From Terriglobia bacterium (GTDB taxonomy: Bacteria > Acidobacteriota > Polarisedimenticolia > Polarisedimenticolales > JAIQFR01), in assembly GCA_963748015.1 (NCBI GenBank), contig CAVVHE010000009.1:544001-608000 (forward strand): a stretch of DNA of 64,000 bases, given 5' to 3'. This document shows, one piece after another, positions 11,601 to 23,647 of the stretch (its first letter is position 1; every line of letters starts with the position of its first letter). The notes below the pieces were generated by a model that saw nothing but the letters and a program-made list of their open reading frames with translations, did no database searches and had not been told where the DNA came from. A program made the translations under genes and the position numbers.

Positions 11601-14600
11601 CTACCGACGGGCCGCCGGCGGGGAGGCGGCGTCGAGCACGAACCGTCCGACGGGGAAGTGCCCTTCCTTCTCCGCCTTCTCGCCCTTGAAGACAGCCCAC
11701 GCCGGCAGGCCGCCGCGGTAGGTCTTCGTCATCTCGTACAGCTCGAGCGGGCCGTTGGCGAGCAGGACGTGAAGGACCCGGTTGGCGGCGAAGGGGCTCG
11801 GCAGTGCTAGGTACAGCCCGTCGCCGGTCGAGTTGTAGAGCGTCCCCTCGAACCGGAACCACCCCGGGCCGGCCTCGAGCGGCAGCTGCGGCAGCAGCCG
11901 CGCCAGCAGGGCGTTGTCGCGCGGATCGCCGATCACGAACAGGTCGCTCGAGGCGAGCTGTCCCTCCGTCACCTCCGAGTCCTTGACGACCGGCGGCAGG
12001 ATCTCGGAGAAGGCGTCGGCCAGCACCGCCTGGAAGCGCAGCGCCAGCGTGTGGTTCGCCTCGAGCTGCCGCGCCGTGCCGTAGACGATGATCGTGTGAT
12101 CGAAGTCCTCGGCGAAGCTACCGAAGGTGTGGAAGCGCGCGGTCGCGACCGGGAAATCGGCCAGCGCGTCGAAGACGACGCGCTCGGGCTTGTCCGGCAC
12201 GGTGAAGGTGGCCGTCGACGTCGCGTCGTCGAGCGTCATCGGGAAGAGCAGCCGCTTGCCGGCGGTCTCGACCGCGACGGTTCCGGCGATGCGGTAGGGC
12301 GTGCCCGGCTGGGTCGCCGTTGCGGCGACGCGCCACTCCTTCGCCTTCGAGCCCTTGGCGGTCACCTCGATCGACGGGGCGGGATCGGGAAGTCCGGTGC
12401 GCTCGATCCACGGCGACAGGTCGGCGGCGACGTCCCGTCCGAGCGCCTCCTTCGCCTCGGCCAAGAACTGCGGCCCCGTCACCTCCTTTCCGCGGTGGCG
12501 TTCGAAGAACCCCTTCATCAGCTTGAAGAACGCCTCGTTGCCCGCCAGGAGCCGTAGCTGGTGCAGCGCGAAGGTCCCCTTGATCCGCGGGACCAGGTAG
12601 GGGGCGAAGCGGTCGTAGGCGACCCCGCCCTCGCGCGCCGGCAGGTCGGCCTCGTGCGCCAGCACGTAGTTGATCCGGCTTTGCAGGCCGGCCAGCTGCT
12701 TCGCCAGCGCGTCGGGGCGCTCGGCCTCCTTCTCGGGGAGGCCGTGGAGGATCTGCCAGTAGGCGGCGCTGCCGGAGACGAGCCAGTTGTCGGCGCCGGT
12801 CGCCGGGAAGACCGTTCCGCGCCAGAGGTCGTCGTTCGTGAACGAGTAGCGCGCCTTGACCGCGGCGAGGTCGAGCTCGCGCTCCTTCGCCGCCGGCTTC
12901 TCTTTCCCCTCGGCCGCGTGCGCCGCTTTCAGCCGCTCGGCGATCACGACCGGGCTGAAGGTCGCGTAGCCGTAGGTGAGGTGCGGGATCGCGCCGGGGA
13001 GATCGGGCATCCGGCGGCTCCCTGGGGCGGGGAACTTCTCGCGCAGCGTCACCTTCCCCTGGTGGGCCATGAAGACCAGCTTCTCGGCCATCGCCGAGTC
13101 GGTGACCTTGCCGTCGCAGGCGTGCGGCCGGTTGGTCGGCGAGGAGGCCATCAGCCCGACGGCGCTCCCGACGTCGATCCTCCCCTTGTGTTCCTCGTAG
13201 AAGCGGTGGAACGCGACGTCGCGGTTCCACGGACCGAAGGCGGAGTCGAACGGGGCGTCCTCGGGCTGGGCCGCGACCTCGCGCCGGACCGAGGCGTCGC
13301 GGGCGTTGTTGTTGGCCCAGAGATAGCCGGGGGTCCCGAAGGGCGCCGGCTGGTCGGTCGAGCGCCACAGCTTGAGGTGGTCGGTGCCGAGCAGCAGGAC
13401 CGCGGCCTCCTCCTTCTTGACGTCGGCCAGCGTCCAGTCGTTGGTGTACATCCCGTTGTTCCGCTCGGACAGGATGCGGGTCACCTCGTCGATCGACGAC
13501 CCGTACTGGATCGCCTTGCGGATCCGGTTGCTCTGCGGCGTCCCGTCCGGGTTGAACGGCGTCTGCAGCGTCGTCGTCTCGCCGATCAGGATCCCGGCGT
13601 CGTTGATGTAGAAGTCGGTCCCGGAGTGGATCCCGCCCGGGAAGGTCTGCATCACGAAGCGGTGGCCCTTCTCCGGGACGACGTCGAGGATGACGTTGAA
13701 GTGCACCCCGGTGTAGCCGGCCCACATGAAGAGCTGGAAGAAGACGACCCGGCCGTCGGCGGTCGCCGGGCCGGTGGCCGAGAGCGACGAGCACTTGTGC
13801 GTCCGCTCGGGGACCTTCAGCTCGTCCTCGGCGGTGAGGAAGGTCCTCCCGGTCGCGGCGTGCGGCGTCACCGGCAGGGCGTCCTCCATCTGGTCGAGGT
13901 CGATGAAGGCGTTCATCGTGACGACGTCGAGCAGGTCGACCTTGCGGTCGTGGACCTTCGCCCCCGCCTTGGCGGCGCCGTCGGCGGTCCCCTTCATCTC
14001 TTCCAGGAACTCCGGGTCGAAGCGCCGCAGCATCAGCGCGTCGGCCATCGTGCGCAGCGTGGTCCAGCCGGCCGCGGGATCCTTGGCGTCGCGCTGGATC
14101 GAGAGCTTCGTGATGTAGGCGGCGAGCTCGTCGGCGACGAGCGCGCCGAACTGCCGCCCCCGCGCGTAGGGCGCCCCCTCGATGTGCACGACGATCCAGC
14201 CGCGGTCGTCGTAGCGGAACGCCGGTCCCTCCCAGCGCACGCGCTCGAGCGGGATGACGGTCGTGATGTCGCCGACCTCGGCCAGCTGAACGTCGTCGAA
14301 GAGGGCGCGGCCGGTCGCGGTGCCGTTGAGGCCGAGGTGGAGCCGCACCCGATCCTCGGCGGCGGTGGCGACGAAGGTCGTCTCGACGCGCGTCCAGCCG
14401 CTCGTGCCGCCGACGGAGGGGGAGTGGTTCGTGAACGGGAAGGAGGCCATCGTCAGCGCCGCCGGCACCGCGGTCGGGTAGCGGGCGAGCGGGTCGGAAA
14501 CGGCGCCGTCGGTCCGGACCCACGCCGAGAGCCGGTAGACCTGGCCGACCCGGAGCCGGACCGGCTCGGAGGCCACGGAGATCGACGCCGGGACCTCGGC

Positions 14601-14837
14601 CGCCAGCTCGAGCGCCGCCTCGCCTCCGTGGCCGGCCGCGACGCGCCGCGCGACCGTGCCCGCGCGGGGCGGACCGACGAGGGTCCACCCCCGCGGGAGC
14701 GGATCCGCTCCCGCCGCCTCGAAGCCGGCGTGGGCCACCGGCACCGGGACGTCCGGGGAGGCCGCCGGGGAGGCCGCGCCCGCGATCGTGACGAGGCAGA
14801 GCAGAAAGGACAGGACGACGGGAACCCGTACTTGCAT
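11601..14837 (-). CDS. Secreted multidomain protein: CBM-like domain + C45/Ntn-hydrolase + M1-peptidase-like C-terminal region
   Basis: Signal peptide [13 protein letters not shown] with [29 protein letters not shown] (Ntn Cys), [17 protein letters not shown]...[10 protein letters not shown]. Confidence 0.72.
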   Translation of the reverse strand: MQVRVPVVLSFLLCLVTIAGAASPAASPDVPVPVAHAGFEAAGADPLPRGWTLVGPPRAGTVARRVAAGHGGEAALELAAEVPASISVASEPVRLRVGQVYRLSAWVRTDGAVSDPLARYPTAVPAALTMASFPFTNHSPSVGGTSGWTRVETTFVATAAEDRVRLHLGLNGTATGRALFDDVQLAEVGDITTVIPLERVRWEGPAFRYDDRGWIVVHIEGAPYARGRQFGALVADELAAYITKLSIQRDAKDPAAGWTTLRTMADALMLRRFDPEFLEEMKGTADGAAKAGAKVHDRKVDLLDVVTMNAFIDLDQMEDALPVTPHAATGRTFLTAEDELKVPERTHKCSSLSATGPATADGRVVFFQLFMWAGYTGVHFNVILDVVPEKGHRFVMQTFPGGIHSGTDFYINDAGILIGETTTLQTPFNPDGTPQSNRIRKAIQYGSSIDEVTRILSERNNGMYTNDWTLADVKKEEAAVLLLGTDHLKLWRSTDQPAPFGTPGYLWANNNARDASVRREVAAQPEDAPFDSAFGPWNRDVAFHRFYEEHKGRIDVGSAVGLMASSPTNRPHACDGKVTDSAMAEKLVFMAHQGKVTLREKFPAPGSRRMPDLPGAIPHLTYGYATFSPVVIAERLKAAHAAEGKEKPAAKERELDLAAVKARYSFTNDDLWRGTVFPATGADNWLVSGSAAYWQILHGLPEKEAERPDALAKQLAGLQSRINYVLAHEADLPAREGGVAYDRFAPYLVPRIKGTFALHQLRLLAGNEAFFKLMKGFFERHRGKEVTGPQFLAEAKEALGRDVAADLSPWIERTGLPDPAPSIEVTAKGSKAKEWRVAATATQPGTPYRIAGTVAVETAGKRLLFPMTLDDATSTATFTVPDKPERVVFDALADFPVATARFHTFGSFAEDFDHTIIVYGTARQLEANHTLALRFQAVLADAFSEILPPVVKDSEVTEGQLASSDLFVIGDPRDNALLARLLPQLPLEAGPGWFRFEGTLYNSTGDGLYLALPSPFAANRVLHVLLANGPLELYEMTKTYRGGLPAWAVFKGEKAEKEGHFPVGRFVLDAASPPAARR

Positions 14838-15047
14838 CCGGCCTCCGCAGGATAGATGGAGGTTCAACCTGGTCAACACGGGGACGTCCGGGAGGAGAGT
14901 CTCATGTCGCCCAGACTCTACCCCGATTCCCGGCATCATCACTACCCCGATGCCGACTCTCTTCCCGGAACACGGGAAGTGTAGCGCGGCCACCGATCTC
15001 CACCACCTTCGCGACGCGCGAGAGGACTCTGTTATCCTCGTTTCGTC

Positions 15048-17625
15048 ATGCCGATCGAAGCCGGAACGAGACTCGGCCGCTACGAGATCCTCGGCCCCAT
15101 CGGGGCCGGAGGGATGGGGGAGGTCTACCGCGCGCGCGACGAGAAGCTGTCGCGCGACGTGGCGGTCAAGGTGCTGCCGGCCGCCTTCGCGTCGGATCCC
15201 GATCGCCTCCGCCGCTTCGAGCAGGAGGCGCGCGCCACCGGCCAGCTCAGCCATCCGAACATCCTCGCCGTCCACGACATCGGCACGCACGAGGGGGTCG
15301 CCCTACGTCGTGGCGGAGCTGCTCGAGGGGCAGACGCTCCGCCAGAAGATGGCCGGCTCGGCGCTTCCGGCGCGCAAGGCGATCGACTACGCCGGGGAGA
15401 TCGCCCTGGGACTCGCGGCGGCGCACCAGAAGGGGATCGTCCACAGGGACCTCAAGCCGGAGAACCTCTTCGTCACCGCCGACGGCCGGGTGAAGATCCT
15501 CGACTTCGGCCTGGCCAAGCTCGACGCCGCAAGCGGGCCCGCGGGGCGGATTCCGCGGAGGCGCCGACGCAGGCCGACACGGGGGCGGGGAGTCGTCCTC
15601 GGGACGGTCGGCTACATGTCCCCGGAGCAGGTGCGCGGGCAGCCGGCCGACCACCGCTCCGACATCTTCAGCTTCGGCGCCATCCTCTACGAGATGATCG
15701 CGGGACGGCGCGCCTTCGAGGCGGGCTCGTCGGTCGAGACGATGAACGCGATCCTCAAGGAGGAGCCTCCCGAGCTCTCGACGTCCAGCCCGGACCTGCC
15801 GCCCGGCGTCGAGCGGATCGTCAGTCACTGCCTCGAGAAGAGCCCGGACGAGCGGTTCCAGTCGGCGCGCGACCTGGCGTTCCAGATCGAGGCGCTCTCG
15901 ACCCCGTCGATCGCGACGGCGCCGCGAACGGCGGCCGCGGCCCCCGCGCGGGTCCTGCGCGCGCGTCCCGCGGTGGCCGCCGGCGTGATCGTGCTGACGC
16001 TGGCCGCGGGAGTTCTCGCCGGCAGGATGGCGCGGCGGGCTCCCGAGTCCGCCACCTACAGCCAGCTCACGTACCGGCAGGGGAGCATGGGATCCGCCCG
16101 ATTCGCGCCGGACGGCGAGACGGTGGTCTACTCCGCCGCCTGGGACGGGAGCCCCCCGGAAGTGTTCACCACGCGGCCCGGCACCCCCGAGTCGAGGTCG
16201 CTGGGGCTGCCGCCGGCGGACATCCTTTCCGTGTCCGCCTCCGGCGAGATGGCGTTGCTCCTCGATCCTCGGTTCACGCAGGGGTTCCAGCGCACGGGAA
16301 CCCTCGCCCGGGCGCCGCTGGCCGGCGGCGTCCCTCGCCAGGTCCTGGAGAACGTCCAGGATGCCGACTGGTCGCCGGACGGGCAGGGGCTCGCCGTCGC
16401 GCACGCCGTGGCGGGCCGCTACCGCCTCGAGTACCCCATCGGCAAGGCGCTGTACGAGACGGAACGCTGGATCAGCTCGCCGCGCTTCTCCCGCGACGGC
16501 AAGCGGATCGCGTTCATCGACCATCCGCTCGCGGGCGACAACCGCGGCCGCGTCGCGGTGGTGGACCTATCGGGGAACGTGAAGCCGCTCACCGAGCCGT
16601 TCAGCGCGGCGGGCGGTCTCGCGTGGTCGCCTACCGGAGCGGAGATCTGGTTCACCGCGGGGAGCACCGGCAACGTCATGGCGGTCTACGCGGTGGATCT
16701 GTCCGGCAACCAGCGCGTCGTCGAGGCGGCGCCGGCCAGCTTGAACCTGGAGGACGTCGCCCCCGGCGGAAGGGCCCTGATCACCCGCGACAGCGCGCGG
16801 CGGGGCATGATCGGGCTGCGGGCGGGGGAGCGGGTCGAGCGCGAGCTGTCGTGGCTCGACTGGTCGCGGCCGAGCGATCTATCCGACGACGGCGAGTGGG
16901 TGCTGTTCGAGGAGCAGGGACAGGGAGGAGGGGCCGCCTACTCGGTGTACCTTCGCCGGACCGACGGCTCCCCCGCCGTGAAGCTCGGCGAGGGGTACTC
17001 GCTCGCGCTCTCGCCCGACGGCGAATGGGCCGCAACGGTAGCCGTCTCGAGTCCCGATCACGTCGTCTTCGTGCCTCGCGGGCCGGGAGAGCCGCGCACG
17101 TGGACCGTCCCGGGGCTCTCGCTGTACGGGTTGGAGTGGCTCCCCGGCGGGAAGCGGTATCTGATCCACGCTTTCGAGGCCGGGCACCTCGGCCGCCTTT
17201 ACGTCGCGGACGAGAAGGGAGGGGCGCCGAGACCCGTCTCGCCCGAGGCGCCGTTGTTGAGCTATGCCGCGTCTCCCGACGGCGGATCCGTCGCCGTGTC
17301 GGTCCCCGGCGCCGCTCCGAGGATCTTCCCCGTCGAGGGTGGCGAGCCGCGGCCGATACCGGGGGGAGAACAGGGCGACGTCGTCTTGAAATGGAGCCGC
17401 GACGGCCGTTCCCTCTTCGTCGGACGGGAGGCCGGTCGGGCGGTGAGGATCGACCGCCTCGATCTCGAGACCGGACGGAGGGGGCCCTGGAAGGAACTGC
17501 TGCCCGCCGACAGGGCGGGTCTCGTCGACATCTCGTACATCGACGTCTCGGGCGACGGCGAGTCGTACGTCTACAGCTACCGGCGCTTCCTTTCCACCCT
17601 CTACCTCGCGCAGGGCCTGCGGTAG
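15048..17625 (+). CDS. Ser/Thr protein kinase with TM and PD40/beta-propeller domain; frameshifted as given
   Basis: [34 protein letters not shown]. One extra G in the G-run at 15293-15297, plus an apparent compensating indel pair near 15540-15590. Confidence 0.88.
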
Positions 17626-17677
17626 CGATGCCTGCGGGCAGGCTCCATCCCGACCGTGGCCCCGCCGGGAGGGTGCG

Positions 17678-18499
17678 ATGAAGAAGACGATCGACAAGAT
17701 CCTCTCGAGAGCGAATGCACCGAAAGACGAGATCCGAACCTCGACCAGCCTCTCGGACAACCAGGCGTACCCGCAAGCCTGTCTCGACGCGGCGAACGAC
17801 TACCGGCGGTTCAACGAGTTTCGCCGGCACCCTGCCTACAACGCGATCTTGGAGCACGTGACCGAGAGCCAGGGCGCCGACTACCTGCGGCTGCTGTCGC
17901 AAGATCCGGACTTGCTGGGGCGGCTCGAGACCTTCCGCGCGAACGACCGGCACGGAAATCCCCGGGTGTTCGACTACCCCGGCGCGGGGGCCGTCTCTCC
18001 GACGACTCTCCGGTACGTCAAGGTTCTGGCGGACCTGCGGCGCCTGTTCGGCCCACTGGACGGTTTGGACGTGGCCGAGATCGGTGTCGGCTACGGTGGG
18101 CAGTGCCGGGTCATCCATGCCTGGTTCGCGCCTGCCTCCTACACGCTGGTGGACATCCAACCGGCGCTGGCCCTGGCGCAGCGCTTCCTGGACCACTTCG
18201 CGCTGGATGGCCGTCTCGTCTATCGGACGATGAACGAGCTGGCCCCGAAGGACCACGACTTGCTCGTGAGCAATTACGCGTTCACGGAGCTTCCGAGATC
18301 GATTCAGGATGTCTACTTCAGGAAGGTCGTGTCCCGCTCGAAGCGGGGGTACATCACCTACAACGAGATCACGCCGGCCGAGTTCCGCTCCTACAAGGCG
18401 CAGGAACTGGTGGAGATGATCCCCGGCGCCCGCGTGCTGGACGAAGAGCCGCTGACCCACCCCCTGAACTGCATCATCGTCTGGGGGGACGGGAAGTAG
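17678..18499 (+). CDS. Putative SAM-dependent sugar O-methyltransferase (NanM-like)
   Basis: [12 protein letters not shown] motif [19 protein letters not shown]. Confidence 0.7.
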   Translation: MKKTIDKILSRANAPKDEIRTSTSLSDNQAYPQACLDAANDYRRFNEFRRHPAYNAILEHVTESQGADYLRLLSQDPDLLGRLETFRANDRHGNPRVFDYPGAGAVSPTTLRYVKVLADLRRLFGPLDGLDVAEIGVGYGGQCRVIHAWFAPASYTLVDIQPALALAQRFLDHFALDGRLVYRTMNELAPKDHDLLVSNYAFTELPRSIQDVYFRKVVSRSKRGYITYNEITPAEFRSYKAQELVEMIPGARVLDEEPLTHPLNCIIVWGDGK

Positions 18500-18665
18500 G
18501 CGATGGCAACGGATTCCCGTCGGGGACGTCGCCCCTCGGATTCGCGCCTTGGACATCCAATCCCTGGCCTGTAGACTGGGACTGCCGCTCCGGCGGTTCG
18601 GCGGAACCTCGCGAGGCAGCCTGCGTCGGGTGGCTCTTGCGACGGTCTTCTCAAGGATGGTAACG

Positions 18666-19817
18666 ATGCGATACGACCTGCGAACGAGCGCGCTCTCGGT
18701 GGTGGCCATTCTCTCGGTGGCCGGCCTGGCGTCGGCCCAGGTGCCGGGGATCACGATGCCGCCTTCGGGCGACAACCAGCGGTCGGTGGTCACGCAGTAC
18801 ATCGGCCCGGTGGCGGTGACGATCGACTACCACAGCCCCAACGTGCACGGGCCCAGCGGCGAGGACCGCACGGGCAAGATCTGGGGAGCCCTGGTGCCCT
18901 TCGGGATGGCCGCCCTGGGGTTCGGAACCTGCGGGGACCAGTGCCCGTGGCGCGGGGGCGCCAACGAGAACACCGTGTTCTCGGTGTCGCACGACGTCGA
19001 GATCGAGGGCGCCCGCCTTCCCGCCGGGAAGTACGGCCTCCACTTCGTCCCCGGCGCCGAGCAGTGGACGGTGATCTTCTCGAAGAACGCCACGTCGTGG
19101 GGAAGCTACTTCTACGACGCCAAGGAAGATGCCCTCCGTGTCGTGGTCAAGCCCGCCAAGATTCCCTATACCGAGTGGCTGACCTACGAGTTCACCGACC
19201 GTCAGCCCGACAGCGCGACCGTCGCTCTCGAGTGGGAGTACCTGCAGCTGCCGTGGACGATCCGCGTGCCGGACGTCACCGGCCTCTACGTCGAGACGCT
19301 GCGGCGTGAGATGCGCTCGGCCCCCGGGTTCTCGTGGCTGCACCAGAACGCCGCCGCGCAGTACTGCCTGCAGAACAAGACTAATCTCGAGGAAGCGCTC
19401 GGGTGGGCGCAGAAGGCGGCCGACCCGAGGATCGGCGGGCAGGAGAGCTTCACGACGCTCTCGACCGTCGCCCAGTTGCTCGAGGCGACGGGCAAGGCGG
19501 CCGAGGCCGCGACGATGCTCGATCGGGCGATCAACCACCCCACGGCCGACGCCATCACGCTGCACCAATACGGACGCGCCCTGCTGAACCAGAAACGGCC
19601 GGCCGACGCGATGAAGGTGTTCGAGTTGAACGCTAAGCGCAACAACGGCGCGTGGCCGACGCAGGTGGGCCTGATGCGCGGCCACGCCGCGCTCGGCCAC
19701 CAGAAGGAAGCGCTCGAGCACGCCCGCGAAGCGCTGAAGCAGGCGCCGGACGAGCAGAATCGCAAGAGCCTCGAAGGCATCATCAAGCGGCTCGAGGCGG
19801 GACAGCCGATCGGTTGA
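18666..19817 (+). CDS. DUF2911 domain protein with C-terminal TPR-like helices
   Basis: Signal peptide, VTIDYHSP...IWGALVPFG...WRGGANENT...LPAGKYGL...WGSYFYD. Confidence 0.87.
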   Translation: MRYDLRTSALSVVAILSVAGLASAQVPGITMPPSGDNQRSVVTQYIGPVAVTIDYHSPNVHGPSGEDRTGKIWGALVPFGMAALGFGTCGDQCPWRGGANENTVFSVSHDVEIEGARLPAGKYGLHFVPGAEQWTVIFSKNATSWGSYFYDAKEDALRVVVKPAKIPYTEWLTYEFTDRQPDSATVALEWEYLQLPWTIRVPDVTGLYVETLRREMRSAPGFSWLHQNAAAQYCLQNKTNLEEALGWAQKAADPRIGGQESFTTLSTVAQLLEATGKAAEAATMLDRAINHPTADAITLHQYGRALLNQKRPADAMKVFELNAKRNNGAWPTQVGLMRGHAALGHQKEALEHAREALKQAPDEQNRKSLEGIIKRLEAGQPIG

Positions 19818-19883
19818 GGTCCGGGCCCGCCTCGCCGGCGGGCGCCGTCGTCGGGGGCAAGGGCCGGCGGAGACGCATGAAAT

Positions 19884-19908
19884 GGGGCGCTCGAACGGCG
19901 CCCCTTTT
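19884..19908 (+). terminator. Probable rho-independent terminator
   Basis: GGGGCGC-TCGAACG-GCGCCCC followed by TTTT, downstream of the DUF2911 gene. Confidence 0.55.
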
Positions 19909-19947
19909 CGTCTCGCGGGGCGAAGCGGATTCCGCGGGGTCCTATCG

Positions 19948-21902
19948 GTGAAACGCGCCATCTCCAGATACTGGATCGTCGCCGTCGTCGCCGCGGCCGC
20001 CGCGATCGTCTACCTTCCCGCGCTGCGCGGCGAGTTCGTCGAATGGGACGACGCCGAGTACGTGACGGAGAACTTCCACATCCGCGCCCTGAACCTCGCG
20101 TTCGTGAAGTGGGCGTTCCTGGGTTTCCACGCGAGCAACTGGCATCCCCTGACGTGGGTATCGCACGCCCTCGACTTCGCCTTCTGGGGCCTTAACCCGG
20201 CGGGCCATCACCTGACCAGCGTGATCCTGCACGCGCTCAACACGCTCCTGGTCGGCCTGCTCGCGGCTCGATGGGTCGAGGCGGGAGGGGGCTCGGCCGG
20301 CGAGGCGCGGTCACGGCCGGTGCGGCGACCGCCGCGCTGTTCGGCCTTCACCCAGCCCACGTCGAGTCCGTGGCGTGGGTCTCGGAACGGAAGGACGTCC
20401 TCTGCGCCTTCTTCTTCCTGCTGAGCCTCCTCTTCCACGCGTCGTTTGCCGAGAGAGCGCCGGAGACCGGGAGGCGCGCGCTGCGCGACGCGGCTGGCCC
20501 GTACGCGCTGTCGCTGGCATGCTTCGCTCTGGCGCTCCTGAGCAAGCCGATGGCGGTGAGCCTTCCCGCCGTGCTCCTGATCCTGGACGCCTTCCCGTTC
20601 GGGAGGATCCGCTCGCGGCGGTCGGCCGCCGGGGCGCTCGTCGAGAAGATCCCCTTCCTCCTGCTCGCCGCGGGTTCGTCGATCGTGACGGTTCTCGCGC
20701 AGCGCGCCGGCGGGGCGCTGTCGTGGACGGAGGCCATTCCCCTTTCGACGAGGCTGCTCGTCGCCGCCGGTTCCGTCGCCGGCTATCTCGGGAAGCTGCT
20801 CTTCCCGCTCCATCTACTTCCGTACTACCCGTACCCCGCCGGGGTCTCGCTTTCGAGTCCGCGCTATTTCGTCCCGGCGAGCGCGGTGCTTGCGCTTGGG
20901 TTGGCGGCCGCCATCTGCGCCAGGAAGCGGCCGATGTGGGCCGCGGCGGGAGCCTACTATCTCGTGACCCTGCTCCCGGTGATCGGCATCGTTCAGGTCG
21001 GCTCCCAGGCGATGGCGGACCGGTACACGTATCTGCCGAGCCTCGGGCCCTTCGTCGTGGCCGGAATCGGCGTCGCGTGGGGCACTGGTGCGCTCTCCGG
21101 CGCCGCCCGCCGGCGCCTCGCCGGGCTGGCGATGGCGGGGCTCGTGGCGGCCGGAGCGCTTTCGTACCTGACGATCGCGCAGATCGGGGTGTGGCGCACG
21201 AGCTTCACGCTCTGGGACGAGGTCATCCGGCGCGAGCCGGCGAGGGTGCCGTTCGCCTACAACAACCGCGGACTCGCATACCTCGGCAAGAACGACTTCG
21301 ATCGCGCCATCGCGGATTACTCCCTCGCCATCGAGTTGAGCCCCCGGTACTGGGCGGCCTACTTCAACCGCGGCGTGGCGCTCCTCGAGAGCGGCCGGGT
21401 GGATCGCGCCATCGAGGATTTCGATCGCGGGCTACGGCTGCGTCCGCTCTACAAGATCTACTACCTGCGGGGCATGGCGTTCGATCGCAAGGGGAATCTC
21501 GATGCCGCTCGCGAGGACTACTCCCGCGCGATCTCCCTGGAGCCTTCCTTCGTGGACCCCTACGTGAGTCTCGGCGTGCTCCACGGCCGAGCGGGCTCGT
21601 TCGATCGGGCGATGGAGCTCTTCAACCGGGCCATAGCGATCGACCCGAACCATCCCCTGGCTTACGGCAATCGCGGCTTTGCGTATGGTCAGAAGGGCGA
21701 GCACGAGAAAGCCCTGCGAGATCTCGATTGGGCAATCCGGCTGGATCCCGCCGACGCCAAGCTCCTCTTCAACCGCGGCGGTCTTCACCTCAAGGCGGGC
21801 GAGCAGCCCCGCGCTCTCGTCGATTTCCGCCGGGCTTGCGAGCTTGGCGATACGAGAGGCTGCGAGGTCGCTGCGAGGATCGCCGGCGCGTCGACACCCT
21901 GA
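19948..21902 (+). CDS. TMTC-like membrane glycosyltransferase with TPR repeats; frameshift near 20285-20300
   Basis: FVEWDD..YV, NWHPLTWVSHALD (first frame), then LHPAHVESVAWVSERKDVL, ADRYTYLP and TPRs (second frame). Confidence 0.85.
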
Positions 21903-22030
21903 GGGATGGCGTGAGGGGGTCCGAGGGCGGTTTCCGGACGAGGCCGTCGAAACCGTCGCTCCGGCGTATCACCCTCCGACGGACCGACTCACGTCCCGCG
22001 ATCGCGAACGACGATGCCAGGAGCACACCG

Positions 22031-23320
22031 ATGAGGAAAACGGTATCGATGAGAACGCCGACGGCCTCGCCCCGGACGCGCGCGATCTGGAGCGCGCTCG
22101 TAGCCCTGCTCGGCAGCGCGTGCCTCGCCGCGGACGCGGCAGGGGATCGGCACGCAGACGCGATGCAGGCGAAGGAATCCGTCCGGCTTCCCGACGGGAA
22201 GACCTCGGTGACGCTGCCTCTCGAGACACGCTCCGCGCTCGTGCTGTTGCCCGTGTCGATCAACGGCTCGGAGCCGTTCTCGGTCGTTCTCGACACCGGG
22301 ATGCCGGTCCCCGGCGTGATTCTCTACGACAGCGATCGGGTGAAGTCCCTCAAACTGCCGTTGGGTCCGGGGCGCGCGCGCGTTGGCGGCGCCGGCGGCC
22401 GGGGTCAGACCTTCGAGACGCGAATCGCGCAGGGCTCGACCCTGCGCATCGGGGAGGCCGAGATCGCGGGGGCGACGGTCACCGTTCTCCCGTCGATTCC
22501 GAGCTTGTCCGCGATGCACGACGGTATCATCGGAATGTCCGTGTTTCGCAACTTCACCGTGACCATCGATCACGACCGCGAGGTGATCGTGCTGACCCCA
22601 CCCGGGCGATTTCCGCCTCCGGACGGCGCGACCGAGGTGCCGCTGCAGCTGGCGGGCAACGTCGCCTACGTGAAAGCCGACCTGGTTACACGGAGCGGGA
22701 GCCTCGCACCGCTGCAGCTGCTCCTCGACCTCGGCGCGACGCACCCGGTCTCGCTGAACGTCACGTCGAGCGATTCCATTCGCGTGCCGGAAGGCGCACC
22801 GGCGACGCGTATCGGACGCGGCGTGAGCGGCGCCGTCACGGGTCGCGTCGGTCGGATCGCCGGTCTCGTGCTCGGTGGTCACCGACTGACCGAGGTGGTA
22901 GCTACGTTCCCCGACCCGGAGTTCGAGAACCCGCGCAAGCTGGACAGCCGCAACGGAAACCTCGGAAGCGGCGTGCTCGGCCGCTTCAACGTCACGCTCG
23001 ACTACACGGCCAAGAAGATGTACCTGGTGCCCAACCGCCGTTTCGCGGAGCCGTTCGAGTGGGACATGTCCGGCCTCGTCTGCGAGGCGGGAGCGCAGGG
23101 CGAGCTCGCCGTGGTCGCCGTCGCGCCGGGCTCGCCCGCGGCCCAGGCGGGGATCGAGGAGGGCGACGCCGTGATCGCGCTCGACGGGGAGCCGGTCTCG
23201 AGCCGCGACTTCTTCAAGCTGCGCGAGCGGTTCCGCCGGGACGGCGCGCAGGTCCGGGTCGGGGTCCGCCACGGCGGCGCCGAGCGGACCGTGACGCTCC
23301 GCCTTAGCCGGCTGCTCTGA
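22031..23320 (+). CDS. Secreted two-domain aspartyl (retropepsin-like) protease with PDZ domain
   Basis: VVLDTG, DGIIG, LLLDLGA, GNLGSGVL, PDZ GSPAAQAGIEEGD. AGGAG RBS. Confidence 0.85.
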   Translation: MRKTVSMRTPTASPRTRAIWSALVALLGSACLAADAAGDRHADAMQAKESVRLPDGKTSVTLPLETRSALVLLPVSINGSEPFSVVLDTGMPVPGVILYDSDRVKSLKLPLGPGRARVGGAGGRGQTFETRIAQGSTLRIGEAEIAGATVTVLPSIPSLSAMHDGIIGMSVFRNFTVTIDHDREVIVLTPPGRFPPPDGATEVPLQLAGNVAYVKADLVTRSGSLAPLQLLLDLGATHPVSLNVTSSDSIRVPEGAPATRIGRGVSGAVTGRVGRIAGLVLGGHRLTEVVATFPDPEFENPRKLDSRNGNLGSGVLGRFNVTLDYTAKKMYLVPNRRFAEPFEWDMSGLVCEAGAQGELAVVAVAPGSPAAQAGIEEGDAVIALDGEPVSSRDFFKLRERFRRDGAQVRVGVRHGGAERTVTLRLSRLL

Positions 23321-23647
23321 GGCAGCCCTCCGGGCGCCCCCTTTCGCGCGCGACGGCGAGGCGTTCATGGCCGTCGAGAGCAGCCGCCCCGGCGGTTTTG
23401 GTTCGCCCACCCAGGGTGCGGTCTTTTCCAGGGTCGCGCGGCTCGATGAAGACCCCCGCCGAGCGGGGGAGAACCGTCGCTGTATACTCTCCCGCCGAGG
23501 AGATCGACCCGTGCCCGACCGCGACCGGCGTCCGCCGCGCCGACCGATAGAGCGCGTGTTCGCGCCGGCGTGGCGCCCCGCGCCGTCGCGCGAGAGGGGA
23601 GTTCATCACTTCCACCGGCTTCTCGCTCGCGCCCTCGGGTCCGGCGA

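Noticed and set aside
15293..15590. Kinase frameshifts as programmed frameshifting or phase variation
   Set aside because: Short G-runs and a compensating indel pair in an otherwise intact gene; similar errors occur elsewhere, so sequencing error is more likely.
20283..20300. TMTC-like gene as two genes or a pseudogene
   Set aside because: A single frameshift near a G-run joins two halves of one conserved family protein; probable sequencing error.
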